Translations under genes and position numbers: made by a program
From: Octopus vulgaris
Lineage: Eukaryota
Length of the DNA stretch: 64,000 bases
NCBI GenBank assembly: GCA_951406725.2
Contig: OX597833.1
Location: 37,758,001 to 37,822,000, forward strand
Direction of reading: 5' to 3'
Shown: positions 52,950-64,000 of the stretch, in pieces
Layout: each line of letters opens with the position of its first letter
Numbering within the stretch: the stretch's first letter is position 1
The notes under the pieces: model-generated
What the model saw: only the letters and a program-made list of their open reading frames with translations
Database searches by the model: none
Told to the model about the DNA's origin: nothing

Positions 52950-54036
52950 TTAATCATGATTCAAGATTTCAATGATATGATTGTTTATTTTTTAGAATCA
53001 CATTATTGGTGTGAGGGACCGGATCTCACATTATAGTATGCGGGGCCAAATCTGGCTAGTTTGAACATAACTCGTTTGACATTTGTACATTACTGCATAT
53101 GCTTTATACACACTTTTGACAAGTTGTGGTGCACCTGAGCACTGTATACAATAATTTCATTATTATTATTATAGATGCTAAAGGGTTAAAGCAAATAAAA
53201 ACATGCTGGCACACTTTGTAAATAAAGTTTTAAAAAAGAGTATTTATGCTTTAGCCTACAAATATAAATAATCTAAACAGCAAAAAAATAATTATTTATT
53301 TTTTTATTTAATAAATGTAATGTTATCAATGAGATTTCCTTTTTTTATTTTTTTCAGCCATAGGTTTTCTATATTTAGGAATATTTAGGATAAATATATC
53401 CTCTTTCCATCTTCGGTGCAGTGCCAAATTTAGATTTTATATCTCTAAAATCCCTTATTAAAAAGTTGTACCAAAAGGTTACACAAAACTTGAAAATGTA
53501 TATGCCTCATAAATATATGCAACCCTCTGTGGACTGTAAAACCCTAAGTTTCAGTTTGTTATGGTTGGGTCTAAATTCTTTATTGCTTCAATGCAGTGAA
53601 GTATCTTATTTTATCTGTATTTGATGTTAGTGAAAAAAACCTTCTATTCATATAAATATGATGTAGAAAGCTGAATGAAAATGGAAATTCTTCTCTGATA
53701 GAAATCCAACTCTGTATGCTTGACTATAAATCTACATTTGCTGGATACAGAAACCAGTTCTGATAATTTCAAACCAACATCGGATGAAATTTTTATAAAT
53801 AGCTTTCAAATAAAATTATAATGCTCTATATTTATTGACAGTCATATATGGTAGATAGCTGCTAGAATGACGTTATATTCTGTAATGAAACAAGCTTTCC
53901 ATTTTGCAACACTGACGAAAGAAAATAGGTGGAGAGAAAAGAAAATTTTAGGTTTAAACCTGAATCTTGCAACTTTACCAAACAGAGTGGGGCAAGAAAA
54001 ATATTTAGCTGGAGTTGTATCATTTTAAGGTGTTCA

Positions 54037-54072
<36 letters not shown>

Positions 54073-55875
54073 ATGAACTTCTTCAGTTTCCTTCTACCAA
54101 ATATTACTGACAAGATATTGGTCAACCCATCACTTTAGAACAGGACACCAGCCAATGTGTCCATGCTATGGAAACAAACCCCTAACTATGAGATTCTGAA
54201 GCAAACTTCTTAACCACAAAGCCATGCCTAAATGTACATACTCTTTTTCTCTCTCTTTTTTACTTGTTTCAGTCATTTGACTGTGGCCATGCTGGAGCAC
54301 CACCGTTAGTCGAGCAAATTGACCCCAGGACTTATTCTTTGTAAGCCTAGTACTTATTCTATTGGTCTCTTTTGCCAAACCGCTAAGTTACGGGGACGCA
54401 AACACACCAACATCGGTTGTCAAGCGATGTTGGGGGGACAAACACAGACACACATATATATACACAACGGGCTTCTTTCAGTTTCCGTCTACCAAATCTA
54501 CTCACAAGACTTTGGCTATAGCACACTTCTGCCCGAGGTTATAGCAGAAAACACTTGCCCAAGGTGCCATGCAGTGGGACTGAACCCGGAACCATGTGGT
54601 TGGTAAGCAAACTACTTACCACACAGCCACTCCTGTGACATATTCATAACACTTTTGTGATCTGGATACTTACAAACTTCACACCAACTGCTAAAACTCA
54701 GTTATACAAAAGTGTTTTCTTTATTTTTCTTAACTTTTGGACATACAGGCCAAGTACATGATTGTTGTCTGACTTCTTTCAGGTTCAATTCCTATGTTTT
54801 CTTTCTCTATCTCTATTATAAGTTTAGTTATACATTTCATTGCAGCTATTTCTTTTCTTTATATTTCTTATTGACATTATTTTCCTCATGGGTGCTTGTT
54901 TTGAATGTATGGAAATGCTGTTTGCTATATAAAGTATGGATATGCAATTCCCTGACCCCCACCACCTCCCACCCATCCATTTCAACCCACCTAAGCTCTT
55001 TGGGGGACACCTTATCTCCAGTATCTATCCCTTCACAGCTCCTATTGATCATTCTCTCCCCCTCCTGTTAAATGTGAGTAATCATGCAGCTCTAATACCA
55101 CAACCTACTCTGCACCCTTCCTCCTACCTCATACTGTATCCCCTTAATCCCCAGTATAAAGCCAACACCTCCTCCCTCGAAGTTGGTAGTCTTGCAAACT
55201 GCATGATGGCATCAATAGTGCCAGTGGTACAAAGAAAGCACCAAGTACACACCATAAATTGGTGGGTATTAGGAAGGGTATTATAAGGCGGTGAGCTGGC
55301 AAAAAACGCTAGCACACCGGGCAAAATGCTAAGTGGTATTTCGTCTGCTGTTACATTTTGAGTTCAAATTCCGCCGAGGTCGACTTTGTGTTTCATCCTT
55401 TCGGGGTTGATAAATTAAGTACCAGTTACATAGTGGAGACTATATAATTGACTTAATCCGTTTCTCTGTCCTTGTTTGTCCTCTCTGTGTTTAGCCCCTT
55501 GTGGGTAGTAAAGAAATAGGAAGGGTATCCCACTGTAGAAACCATGCCAAAGCAGACACTGGAGCATGAGACAGTCCTTGGACTCATTAGATCCTGGTCA
55601 ACCCATTCAACCCATGCCAACATTTAACATGGACATAAAATGATGATGATATTAAATACCTACTTATTTATACAAATCTATTGAAATTATATTTTTAAGT
55701 TGATGTGTTTAACCACATTCATTTGCTTTCTATGACTGCTTTTACATGTTTGCTTGGCTTAAGATGTGTTTTACAGCCAAATTCCCTCCTTGTCATATCT
55801 TTTTTAAGTCCTCCCAAGACATACAGCTATAAGATGTATTGTTTATGGGCAACATAAACATGACATCACCATACA

Positions 55876-55947
<72 letters not shown>

Positions 55948-56534
55948 ATAGTTTTATATCCTGTTGCTCCCTGTACACTCATGTTTCACCACTCACGGCA
56001 TTCCCCATTTCCTGTCTTTCCTCCTTTATGCTCTTGTGAACTCCTTGCTCATGGACCCTGTCTAATCTTCTAACCACTCCATTTACATTCACCTTCTTGT
56101 ACCTTCAGGTACATCACCACCCTCTCTCTCTTGCTTTCTCTCTCTCTCTCTCTGACTGGAATAACCATGTATCTCTTCTACAGCAAGACACTTGTTTCTG
56201 TCTTTCTATCATACTTTAACCTCTCATCACCTGGCACAAAGCCATTTTACTCAGTAATCATTCTCCCTCTCAGTTGAAGGATCTTTATCTTGCAAGGTAA
56301 TTGGTGACCTTGCCAGAGCTGGTGCCATGTAAAACGAACTCAGTACACTCTGCAAAGTGGTTGATGTTAAGAAAGGCAGACAAAACTTGATGCAGTCCTT
56401 GGGCTGCCAGTCCTGTCAAACAAACCAACCAATGCAGACATTAAACAATGATTTGATGAAGATGTACTTTCATTTATGTCTATATATCTTTTATGTTTTA
56501 TCTTTTACTTGTTTCAGTTATTGGACTGTGGCCA

Positions 56535-56599
56535 TGATGAAACAATTGTAAATTAATGTAATATAAGGACTTGCTCACACCATTGTTCTTGGTTGTAAT

Positions 56600-56640
<41 letters not shown>

Positions 56641-56727
56641 TTATAATTATAACCAAGGAGGATGGAGTGAGCAAGTCCTTTTATTACATTAATTTACAAT
56701 TGTTTCATCAAAAATTGATCTCATGGC
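56535..56727. mobile_element. Inverted ~67-bp arms around (TG)n with a hammerhead 3'-half remnant
   Basis: 56535-56602 and 56645-56710 are reverse complements. Both arms contain GAAACAATTGTA. The right arm extends into an ATCAA/TTGAT hairpin. Confidence 0.5.
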
Positions 56728-57104
56728 TATTTCTATATTGTGCAATACTATACACAGCTATTGATTCATGAGGAATCATTGACACAAATTGAAATTCAAC
56801 TCTTCAGTATCATGCATAAAAGTTATTCACTATAGATACTTGAATTATTGATAATTTATACCGACATTTGGTATAAATGTGTATTTACATGATTACATTT
56901 ACCTGTTACAGGCAGACCAAAATAAACCCTGACTTGAAGTGAACAGTCAAGAAGAAGGATGACTTTAAAAGATGGATAGAAAAATAAAAACCAGAAAAGA
57001 GAAAGGAAAGTTTTTGTTTTCAGACAATATAATAAATTAGAATTTTATTAGCAGTTTCTGTTCCAATTAAGCTATCGACTGGATTACCACAAATGCATTA
57101 AGGG

Positions 57105-57987
57105 AGTTCCCCAGTATCACTGTTAGTCACAACTTTTCCGTCAAGGATCTAGACTACACAGATGACATTGCGATACTTGGAGAAACATTTGCTGACGTCC
57201 AGTTTGCTATCAATGAGCTCCAGCATGTTGCATCGCAGATTGGTATGAAAGTCAATGCCTCGAAGACCAAAATCCTCACAGCCTGCTTTGCCCCACCAGA
57301 CAAAACACCCATTGTCCTCAATGGTGATATTCTTGAAGAGGTTGAGAGTTTCAAATACCTTGGCGCCATCATTACAGCTATAGGTCAAGGTGAGGCTGAC
57401 ATTAAAACACGAATCGACCTCGCTCACCAAGCCTTCAACCGACTTAGTGCACAACTCTGGTCAAGATCTGAGATCCAACGCACAACCAAAGTACGGATCT
57501 ACCAAGCACTAGTGCGAACGATTCTCCTTTATGGCAGCGAGTCATGGCCAATGAGGGTGGAAGATATTAAGCGACTAGAATCCTTCAATCACCTCTGTCT
57601 ATGTCGCATCCTTCATGTCTGATGGCATCACTTTGTCTCCAACAATTCGGTGCGACACCAGTGCAGAATCACCTCCCTCCGACAAGTCATCCTAACGAGA
57701 CGTCTGCATTGGCTGGGTCATGCCCTCCATCATCAACCAGGAGAATTCATCTACGAAGCAATTGCCCCAGCTCCCCTTCAGGGTTGGCAAAAGCGATGTG
57801 GTGGACAACGAGAAACCTGGCTGATGAGAGTCAAGGCTGCTCTGGAACCCAACCTAGGCCCCCATATCTACAGCGTTCGCTGCTGGAATAAGGAGTTTGG
57901 TCAGCGTTTGTGAGAGATGCAGCATTGAGGATGAATGAAGCCAGCTCAACCCACCCCGGGTGAATGCTGTCAAGTCAAGTCAAGTCC
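57105..57987 (+). mobile_element. 5'-truncated RTE-clade LINE 3' end
   Basis: Motifs DLDYTDDI, GMKVNASKTK, VESFKYLG, YQALVRTILLYGSESW and RRLHWLGH. (CAAGT)n tail at ~57969-57987. Confidence 0.9.
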
Positions 57988-58305
57988 CAAAAAGTACTTT
58001 ATAAATAATGTTCTTCAAAGATTCTTTAGTGCTCTTGGGGTATATTTATTTCATCTGCCATCCAGACAAGTAAATGCAGACATACCTTTGTAGTTTTATC
58101 ATAGTGAAATCTTTTGTGTCTGCCACATTATAGTGGTTTAACCAGATATTGACACCACAGAGGTCAGATGTAATTTATGGAGAATCCATCAGTCACACGC
58201 GCGCGCACACACAAACACACATACACACACAGAGCCATATGCACAAACATGCCCACATGTGCAGACAGACAGAGAAGATACAGATGTCACTGATGCTTAA
58301 TGGTA

Positions 58306-59598
58306 CGAGGGACGTTCAATAAGTAATGCCTCTGACCCACTTGCAGTTGTTTGATCTAGCTGAAATTTTGCATGTGCAATCATTTATATCTCTATAGAGT
58401 AAGTGACAAATTACAGCTCTGAATTAATTGTGGTTTCTGATTTACAGGTGTTTGAACCGAGTCAAGTGTGAAATGGAGCCTGTTGAGTGTCGAGCAGTGA
58501 TCCGGTTTTTGTATTTGAAAGGACGCACACCACGGGAGACTTTTGATGAAATGAAAGTAACTTATGGTGATGATACCCCATCATATGACCTTGTAAAACG
58601 CTGACATCGTGAATTCAAACATGGTCGGAACTCTGTGGAAACAGCTCCCAGATCTGGTCGCCCCCTTCTGCCATTGATGAGGCATCTGTCCGTCAAGTTG
58701 AGGCTGCCATTTTGGAAGATTGACGCATAACTATTCGCCAAATAGCCCATGAGATCAAGATTAGTACCGGGTCTGTGGAAACTATCATTCATGACCATTT
58801 GCATATGCAAAAGGTGTCTGCCAGATGGATTCCCAGGTTGCTCACGCCTTTCCAGAAGCAAGAACGCGTTGAGTGCTCGAGGGGGGAATTTGGAGATGTG
58901 CCAAGAAGATGAGTCAAAATTTTTCAAAAGACTGATTACACAGGATGAAACCTGGGTCCATCACGATGATCCAGAGACCAAAGCCCAGTCAATGCAGTGG
59001 AAGCACCGTGACTCACCCCCTCCAAAAAAGGCAAGGGCGCAGCCCTCTGCTGGCAAGGTCATGCTCACAGTCTTCTGGGACCAGGACGGAGTAGTGATGA
59101 CAGATTTCCTGGCAAAGGGTACCACAATTGCAGGAGCCTATTATGCTTCACTTTTGAGGAAATTAAGAGAAGTTATCAAAATCAAGATGCGGGGCAAGAT
59201 CAGCAAAGGCATCCTCCTCCTGCAGGACAACGTTCCGGTCCACAACTCGCTTGTCGCCAGATCAGAAGCACAGGCGTATGGCTATGAACTCCTCCCCCAT
59301 CCCCCCTACTTTCCTGACCTTGCACGCTCTGATTTTCACCTCTTCCCAGTCATGAAGTTGTTTTTGAAAGGAAAGCGTTTCCCAGATGATGCAGCCTTGA
59401 TTTCTGAAGTCGCGTTCAGGTTGGAGGACCAAGCTGGGGTCTTCTACAAAAACGGTCTCCAGAGCTGCATCAAACAATGGGAGAAATGCGTAACTCTGGG
59501 TGGTTCATATGTAGAAAAAGACTAATAACTGTGCCAAGTTTCGTTGCTCTACTGCTATGGGAAGTGGGTCAGGGGCATTACTTATTGAACGCCCCTCG
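58306..59598 (+). mobile_element. Full-length mariner (DD34D) transposon, 1293 bp, inactivated
   Basis: 37-bp TIRs (cgagggacgttcaataagtaatgcctctgacccactt, 2 mismatches) and TA target duplication on both sides. Confidence 0.95.
58473..59525 (+). pseudogene. Mariner transposase pseudogene
   Basis: ATG at 58473 (MEPVECRAVIRFL). Motifs WIPRLL, TQDETW, QDN and YFPDLARSD with 34 aa between the last two Asp. Stops at 58602 and 58721. Compensating frameshifts at ~58665 and ~58885. Confidence 0.92.
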
Positions 59599-62445
59599 TA
59601 CATCCTACTTACCAACAAGAAAAAAATTAAGTAAATAAACCTACATGTGGACAGACTTAAACAATATACTTTTATACAGAGATGAAAATTACAAAAAGAA
59701 AATTTCTTTTCCCTCATTTCATACATTTATTCTAATTAACTCAATCAAATGTTCAAACACAAAGAACGCTGCATTATAAATAAATAGATGTAGATATCAT
59801 GGCACCCCAGCAGACACTTCCATAAAGATACTGAAATTTAAAAGTTCATATTGTTGCAAGAAAAATCCTTCTAAGCACAAGATATATGTACTTCTGATAT
59901 ATTGAGGTCCATTTAGAAATCTTCGCAAAATCACTTTTAGATAGTAATAGGAATAATTAGTAATTTTCTAATAAATATTTTGTTTTTTATTTCTTGAAAG
60001 TTTTTCTGAATTTATGGCAGCATCTCAGAGTAAATCTGAAAATATACATATGTATTTACAAACATTCACAAATGTACTATTATGAACAGTTTTACACACA
60101 TATATGTTTGTGTATGTATGTATATACATGTGTACATAGAGGTATGTGTAGATATGTGGCTATATACAACTGTGTGTATATACAAACATGTATGTATGTG
60201 TGATTTCATCTGTTGTATAATTTCTAAATTATTGACAATTCGTTATTATTGCGAGAAGTTTAACAGTTAAATACAGCTTAGCAAGAATCTAATTTAAATA
60301 TATTTGTACTAGTAAGCAGGAATCTAATTTAAATAGATTTGTACTAGTAAGCAGATATCTTTCAACATACTTTATATAGACATAGCGAATAACACTGATA
60401 TTCTATATATATCCAAAACTAGAGTCCCTGCAAAAAAACTGAAATGAAAAACAGGAAAAAACACACTTCTACAGTAGAATCAGAGGTCTGAAAATTCAGC
60501 AACATAAAAAAGTAAATATGCTCTAAGGCCTATAAAATTCTGATTATCAGCAGTTGCTGTAGGACAAAAATTCTGACACTTCTCAAAAATAAATGTAAAG
60601 TAAATGCAACAGTTTTTGTGTGTTCTGAGAACATTCTTCCAAAATGTAATTTCAACAGTTTCAAATCAAGTCCCCTGCTAAACAAGTACAACTCCAAAGA
60701 TATATATATATATATATATATGTACACACACACACACATTTTACTGGTGTCAATCATTGAACTACAACCATGCTGGGACACTCTTTTAAAGAGTCTGGTT
60801 GAAAAATTGATCCAAGTACTTATTTTTTAAGAGTGGTGCTTATTTATCAGTCATTTGTGCCAAACCACTAAGTTATGGGGACATAAACAAACCAACACCA
60901 GTTAAGCAGTGGTGAGGGAAAACATATAGATATACACACATACATGAGAGGGTTCCAGACAATTTCTATCAACTACATTCACTCCCAAAGCATTGGTCAG
61001 CCCTGGGCTATAGTAGAAGATACTTGACTAAGGTGTCACACAGTGGAACTGAACTCAAAACCACATTTTTGCAAATTCAGCTTCTTAACCACACAGCCAT
61101 GCCTGTGCCTTTATATATAACTACCAAATAGTTATCCTAAAGAAACAATTACAAACACTAAAAACTATTTAATATAAATATATTTTATGCAAAACACATA
61201 GGTTCAGATGATGCTTTAGAGAAATACATGTTGTCCTAAACAACATATATCTATAGACTATCCTTCAGAAATATATAATATTATTCCAAACATTATACTT
61301 TAGAAATACATGTTGAACTGTTTATTCTAATAGACACTACATGTGCAGTCTTAATGTGCATTAAAGACAGAGCACAAATGAGCACATGGAAAAATTAGGT
61401 ATAAGAGAAATCATATACAATGTGAAAGGAAACTGTGCTGGTATGAATAGAGAGGGTGACAGTTTGGTAAAAAAAGTGGCAAGCAATCCAAGTGAAAGAC
61501 ATGGGAAGAAGTAGTGAAAGTTGAATCCGACAAAGGAAATGACAAAGAACTGCAACAAATGGAGAGGCACTGTACTGAGAAAAACTCATCTAACTGATGC
61601 ATGCATAGAAAAAACAGATGTAAAAATGATAACAATATGGATTTTATTGAAGCAATGGCTTTATCACCAAATGATCTGCCCCACATCATTTCCCCCAAAA
61701 TGAAGAAATATGTTTGATTTTGAAGTCTGTTTATCTCTTTACCTTTGGTCTGTTATTTAAACATTGTTCAGGTAACATTGTTCAATTTGCAACAACACAC
61801 TTTATATTAAACATTCAACTCAGTCAATACTCAATGTCTGAGTCTCCTTCTTTTTTGGGTAAAGTGGCAGCTATTTTGTAACTATGGAGAATTGAACATC
61901 AAGGCTAAGTCAACCAGGCAAGAATTTGAATTGAAAACCAAAGCTTCTTGCAGAAAAATATTGATTTCTAACATTGGCACAAGGCCACAAATTTTCTTTA
62001 TTTGATGAGATAAGAGTAAAGTCACTTAAATTGAAACAGTATTTTACTGGTACTTTATTAACTCCAGAAAGATAAAATGCATAGATGACCTAGGCAGGAT
62101 TTGAACTCAGAATGTAAAAGATTGTAACTAAAATCTACAAAGCATTTTATCTAATGTTCTAACAATTCTACTGATCCATAAACATATTAATTATGATGCT
62201 TTTTCTCAGCACCAACTTCATCATCACACTGCAAATTACTTACAAACAATCTTAATTGTTACACACTTTACACCAAAAGATCTACACAAATAATTATTCT
62301 AGCACTTATGAATACATCAGCAGACCAAACCCACTTGTTCTTCTCTCTCTCTCTCTGCATATAATTTATTCTGCTATCTAATTGCTAAAAACTGAGATGG
62401 TGCATCGAAAGGAAAATTAGAATCATGCAAAGCTTCACAACTCAC

Positions 62446-62526
62446 CACATCTTTGCCATAATCTTCACTTTCACTTTCACTGTCACTGTCTCCCTGAATA
62501 TTGATTTGCTTCTTTTCTTCTTTGCC
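62446..62526 (-). CDS. CEP164: CEP164-like gene, first exon seen in window (GKEEKKQINIQGDSDSESESEDYGKDV), phase 0-0
   Basis: Pyrimidine tract plus ctgcag acceptor and GTGAG donor. 81 nt, open frame. Joins in frame to 28928-29011 across a ~33.4-kb intron. Confidence 0.75.
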
Positions 62527-62999
62527 CTGCAGAGAAAAGGAAATAACAAGTTTGGAAGAAAGAAATTAGTTTTAACATATTGATTTCAAATTTTGGCACA
62601 AGGCCAGCAATTTCAAGGGAGTGGGTAAGTCGATTACATTGACCCCAAAACTCAACTGGTATTTATTGTATCAATGCCAAAAGGAAGAAAGGCAAAATCA
62701 GCCTCAGCAGAAATTGAATTTAGAATATGAAGACAAATGAAATGCTGTTAATCATATCACTCAGCATGCAAACAATTCTGCCTGCTTGCAGTCTTAATTA
62801 GTTTTAACATACCGATTTCAAATTTTAGCAAAAGGCCAGCAATTTCAGGGGCAGGAGTAAGTTGATTATATCGACCCCAGAACTCAACTGGTACTTATTT
62901 TATCAACCTCCCCAAAAGGATGAAAGGTAAAGTCAGCCTCAGCGAAATTTGAACTTAGAACATGAAAAGAGAGAAAATGTTGCTAAGCAAAACTGTGCA

Positions 63000-64000
63000 G
63001 TTGAAGGAAACAAGATTGGAGGCCATTTGAGGGTTCTGTTCATGGAGCTAGTACAGGCTAAATGTGAATGGTGCCTGTGTGTGTAAGCTTAGGGAGGAAT
63101 GAAGAGTGGTATCATCTGTATGGGAATGAGCATTGTTGGAGATGACAGAAAGTAGGTTACTAATGAACAGAAAGTAAAGTATGATATAACTTGGCCTTGG
63201 GACATACCACAATTGATAAAGAGTGGGTCAGATAAAGCTCCAGCAATTGCACAAGGCAATGATATAATCTAACAGAAAGCTTCCAGTCTAGGAGATGAGA
63301 GCTGGATGAGGTTCTTAGAGGGAAACCTAGCAAGAAAATCTCCATCAGAGACATGGTCAATTGCGTTGCTGATGTTAAGTACAACAACATTAGTTTTTCA
63401 AGGGTAAGGACTAACAGAAGACTATGTTTGTAATTATTACAAATAACATCATTATTACTGTAGTCAGAAGCATGCAAACCTGCATGGTTCTTGGCAGATC
63501 TATGAAAGACAATCTCCCTTTCTTACAACATTATATAGGAAGTGGATAATAAGCATGGCTTCAGAGTAGTCCTGATCCATGTAATCAGTTTTAAGCCTCC
63601 AAAAACAAAAAGGTTAACCATCAGTATTTGGTACAGCAGTCCTCAGAGCATCTGCATTTAGTTCCATTTTCTTGAGGTGGATCAATTTAAAATACAGTGA
63701 CAGATGCTAGGTGGTCTGACTAAATAGCCTCTTCATAGAGCCATTTCAAATTACATGTTTGGTTAATCTCTCCTGTATGTTTTAGCTCTTAGAACATTGC
63801 TGTGGAAAATAGAGATATTGAAGAGCATCCTGCTTGAACAGGGAATGGGAAAGTCATATCAGAATATGGGGACAATGTAACCATGATGGTGTTAGTTACC
63901 ACAGAAATCAAAGTGGTCAGTACTACACGTAGAGAGTATGAACTGGTACCAGGAAATGCATAAACTGAATCAAGTTGGTGGACTTGAACATAACACTTGT
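63000..64000 (-). mobile_element. Possible decayed LINE remnant (clade uncertain)
   Basis: Higher GC, coding-like but stop-ridden segment. No diagnostic motif was clearly recognised. Confidence 0.3.

Noticed and set aside
58749-59525. Intact or domesticated transposase (258-aa ORF)
   Set aside because: The ORF's N-terminus is out of frame relative to the true transposase, and the DNA-binding domain has stops and frameshifts.

Overview
This is AT-rich eukaryotic genomic DNA, dense in microsatellites and SINEs. The SINE families suggest an octopus or other coleoid cephalopod (inference). The whole window lies inside one minus-strand multi-exon gene. I traced 16 phase-compatible GT-AG exons (62446-62526 to 583-748), including a 23-nt microexon, plus one exon with an unresolved donor. 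They encode the central and C-terminal coiled-coil region of a probable CEP164 orthologue; start and stop codons lie outside the window. The introns, including one of about 33 kb, hold three SINE families, decayed Tx1/L1 and RTE LINEs, a full-length but inactivated DD34D mariner, TTAA (piggyBac-type) MITEs, a Helitron and fold-back elements. The main unexpected signal is a near-canonical minimal type I hammerhead ribozyme at 15513-15560. It is on the minus strand (sense to the host pre-mRNA) and sits in a small inverted element flanked by (TA)n. Further hammerhead-like relics of different sequence occur at about 13.8, 29.2 and 56.7 kb. Together these suggest several families of Penelope-like or retrozyme-type ribozyme-bearing mini-elements that tend to sit in microsatellites. 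All calls are by eye; no database searches were run.
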